From contig OZ241907.1 of the NCBI GenBank assembly GCA_965203515.1, positions 1,600,001-1,664,000 of the forward strand: a stretch of DNA of 64,000 nt, given 5' to 3'. Positions 62,014 to 64,000 of the stretch are shown one piece after another. Source of the stretch: Spirochaetia bacterium (GTDB lineage Bacteria; Spirochaetota; Spirochaetia; SZUA-6; Bin103). Made by a program: the position numbers and the translations under genes. The notes under the pieces are model-generated. The model was not told the origin of the DNA, ran no database searches, and saw nothing but the letters and a program-made list of their open reading frames with translations. Positions within the stretch are counted from its first letter, which is position 1; every line of letters begins with the position of its first letter.

Positions 62014-62262
62014 ATGGGCGAGAAGCTTCAGGACGAGGTCAACGCCAACTTCGCAGCGTTTCAGCGTATACTTCCGGAGCTGCACCGGCGAGATCCGAAC
62101 CGCTGGGCGTTGATGAGACACGGCACGTGTGTCGCTTGCTACGATACTCTGCGGGATGCTCATACTGCCGCGCGCACCCAGTATGACGACGGCCTGTTCT
62201 CGGTGCAAAAGATAACCGCAACCGTCGTGGACTTGGGCTGGTTTTCACATGCCGTGCATTAG
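62014..62262 (+). CDS. Small protein (DUF5678-like) paired with a protease
   Basis: Strong RBS; NFAAF..LPEL..WALMRHG pattern; overlaps the next gene. Confidence 0.7.
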   Translation: MGEKLQDEVNANFAAFQRILPELHRRDPNRWALMRHGTCVACYDTLRDAHTAARTQYDDGLFSVQKITATVVDLGWFSHAVH

Positions 62263-62692
62263 CGGTCAGTACGACACGGATGTCGGTATTCTTCTACAAG
62301 TCGGACTGGCCCCCGGTGGACGGATTGAAGATCTTCGGCAACATGCTAATGTCTCGGATGATATGCATACTGAATTCGTCGCTTCAGGTGCTCATGGACT
62401 CGTCGATACCGGAGCTTCAAAGACCAGCATATCGCCGCGTATCGCTGCTGATCTAGCGCTCCAACCTCGTGGAATAGTCGAAATACAGGGCGCCACAGGA
62501 TCAACCAAGGTCAATACGTACTATGTCGATTTCATCCTGAGCTTCGGTCCCCAGTCGCTTGTAGTTGCGGACATGGAGGTCTGCGAAATCGACCCAGGGA
62601 AAGGATCTTTCCAGGTACTCATTGGCCGCGACGTTATATGCCAAGGAGTGCTTACGATGGATTTTTCTGGACGCTTTACGTTCTCGATATAG
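62249..62692 (+). CDS. Retropepsin-like (clan AA) aspartic protease
   Basis: LVDTGAS and LIGRD motifs. Confidence 0.85.
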   Translation: MPCISGQYDTDVGILLQVGLAPGGRIEDLRQHANVSDDMHTEFVASGAHGLVDTGASKTSISPRIAADLALQPRGIVEIQGATGSTKVNTYYVDFILSFGPQSLVVADMEVCEIDPGKGSFQVLIGRDVICQGVLTMDFSGRFTFSI

Positions 62693-62728
62693 GCGATCGC
62701 CGGTAATCGCAGCGGCGATCGTCGTATC

Positions 62729-64000
62729 GTGATTCCCCGCGCGTGCCGGCGGCTGGCCGAGGTCGACTTTCCGATCGCCGAGGTGTCCCGGCACGCGGCG
62801 CGGGAGAAGTCGATCCGCCACGGGCATCCGTCCACGCTCCATCTCTGGTGGGCGCGGCGCCCGCTCGCCTCGTCGCGCGCCGTGCTGCTGGCCCTGCTGC
62901 TGCCCGATCCGCTCGACCCGCACTGCCCCGACGCCTTCAAGCGGCAGGCGCGCGCCATCCTGGGCGCGGTGCGGCAGCCGCCGGCGGATGACGCCGAGCT
63001 GCGCGCCGCGCTGCTCCGGTTCATCGGCGAATTCGCCAACTGGGACCTGGCGGCGCACTCGACCTGCCTGCGCGTCGGCCGCGAACTGGTGCGGGCCGCG
63101 CATGGCGAGGAGGCGCCGTTGGTGGTCGATCCGTTCGCCGGCGGCGGCTCGATCCCGTTGGAGGCGTTGCGCCTCGGCTGCGAGGCGTTCGCCAGCGACC
63201 TGAACCCGGTGGCCTGCCTGATCCTCAAGGTGATGCTGGAGGACATCCCGCGCCACGGTCCGGGGCTGGCGGAGAAACTGCGCCGGGCCGGCGGCGAGAT
63301 ACGGGACGCGGCGGCGCGGGAGTTGGCCGACCTGTACCCGGCCGACCCTGACGGGGCGACGCCGATCGCCTACCTGTGGGCGCGCACGGTGCGCTGCGAG
63401 GCGCCGCAGTGCGGGGCGGAGCTGCCGCTGCTGCGCTCGTTCTGGCTGTGCCGCAAGCCGAAGCGCAAGCGGGCGCTGCGCTATCGGGTGGAGCGCCGTC
63501 CGGAGGGGCCGCCGGTGGTGCGGTTCGAGGTGTTCACGCCGGCGGCCGACGGAGAGGTGCCGGGCGGTACGGTGGCGCGGGCGCGGGCGGCGTGCCTGTG
63601 CTGCGGCGCGGTGCTGGCGCCGGAGCGGGTGCGGGAGCAGCTTGCGGCGCAGCGCGGAGGCGCCGATGCGGTGTTCGACGCGGAGGGCCGGCGGACCGGC
63701 GGCGCGCGGCTGACGGCGGTGGTGACGTTGCGGGCGGATGCGCCGGGGCGGCACTACCGGCTGGCGGGCGAGGCGGACTACGCGGCGGTGCGGCGGGCGC
63801 AGGAGCGGCTGGCGGCGCTGCTGGGCGAGTGGGAGCGCGGCGGCAAGCAGGGACTGTGCCCAGTGCCGGACGAACCGCTGCCGCCGATCGGCACGCTGGG
63901 GTTCCGCGTGCAGCGCTACGGCATGCTCCGCTGGGCCGACCTCTTCTCCGCTCGCCAGAAAATGGCGCTGGTCACGCTAGGCGGACTGATTTCCAGGGGG
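62729..64000 (+). CDS. DUF1156 adenine-specific DNA methyltransferase (runs off the window)
   Basis: [39 protein letters not shown], CxxC motifs; no stop before the window end. Confidence 0.9.
   Translation, partial: MIPRACRRLAEVDFPIAEVSRHAAREKSIRHGHPSTLHLWWARRPLASSRAVLLALLLPDPLDPHCPDAFKRQARAILGAVRQPPADDAELRAALLRFIGEFANWDLAAHSTCLRVGRELVRAAHGEEAPLVVDPFAGGGSIPLEALRLGCEAFASDLNPVACLILKVMLEDIPRHGPGLAEKLRRAGGEIRDAAARELADLYPADPDGATPIAYLWARTVRCEAPQCGAELPLLRSFWLCRKPKRKRALRYRVERRPEGPPVVRFEVFTPAADGEVPGGTVARARAACLCCGAVLAPERVREQLAAQRGGADAVFDAEGRRTGGARLTAVVTLRADAPGRHYRLAGEADYAAVRRAQERLAALLGEWERGGKQGLCPVPDEPLPPIGTLGFRVQRYGMLRWADLFSARQKMALVTLGGLISRG

Noticed and set aside
48874..64000. Integrative element or prophage at tRNA-Asn
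   Set aside because: No integrase, no phage genes and no duplicated tRNA 3' end found in the window

Overview
High-GC bacterial chromosome segment. The backbone is catabolic and housekeeping: two sulfatases, GH4 and GH29 glycosidases, PhyH dioxygenases, DapA-family aldolases, an enolase-superfamily enzyme, malate synthase, a CopA/DsbA module, a GldA/F/G-like ABC operon and three tRNAs (Glu, Val, Asn). This gene mix resembles host-associated, e.g. sponge-symbiont, genomes, but that is inference only. Several accessory or defence patches interrupt it: (i) an unnamed three-gene operon ending in a ComEC-like MBL hydrolase (4.2-6.6 kb); (ii) a shredded type I R-M locus holding an intact Rpn gene (9.3-12.3 kb); (iii) an orphan Rpn C-terminal gene and a HEPN/MNT pair; (iv) a split McrB plus McrC after tRNA-Asn; (v) an SNF2-helicase/DUF1156 methyltransferase locus with small cassettes stacked between repeated copies of the methyltransferase 5' end. 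The most striking signal is a pair of paralogous lipoproteins (26.4-27.7 kb and 52.6-54.4 kb). Each has a G20 homopolymer after the signal peptide (one out of frame, one in frame) and a mirror-symmetric 'out-and-back' array of ~40-aa GSGY repeats, suggesting a phase-variable, length-variable surface stalk or adhesin family. All calls come from motif reading; no database searches were run.
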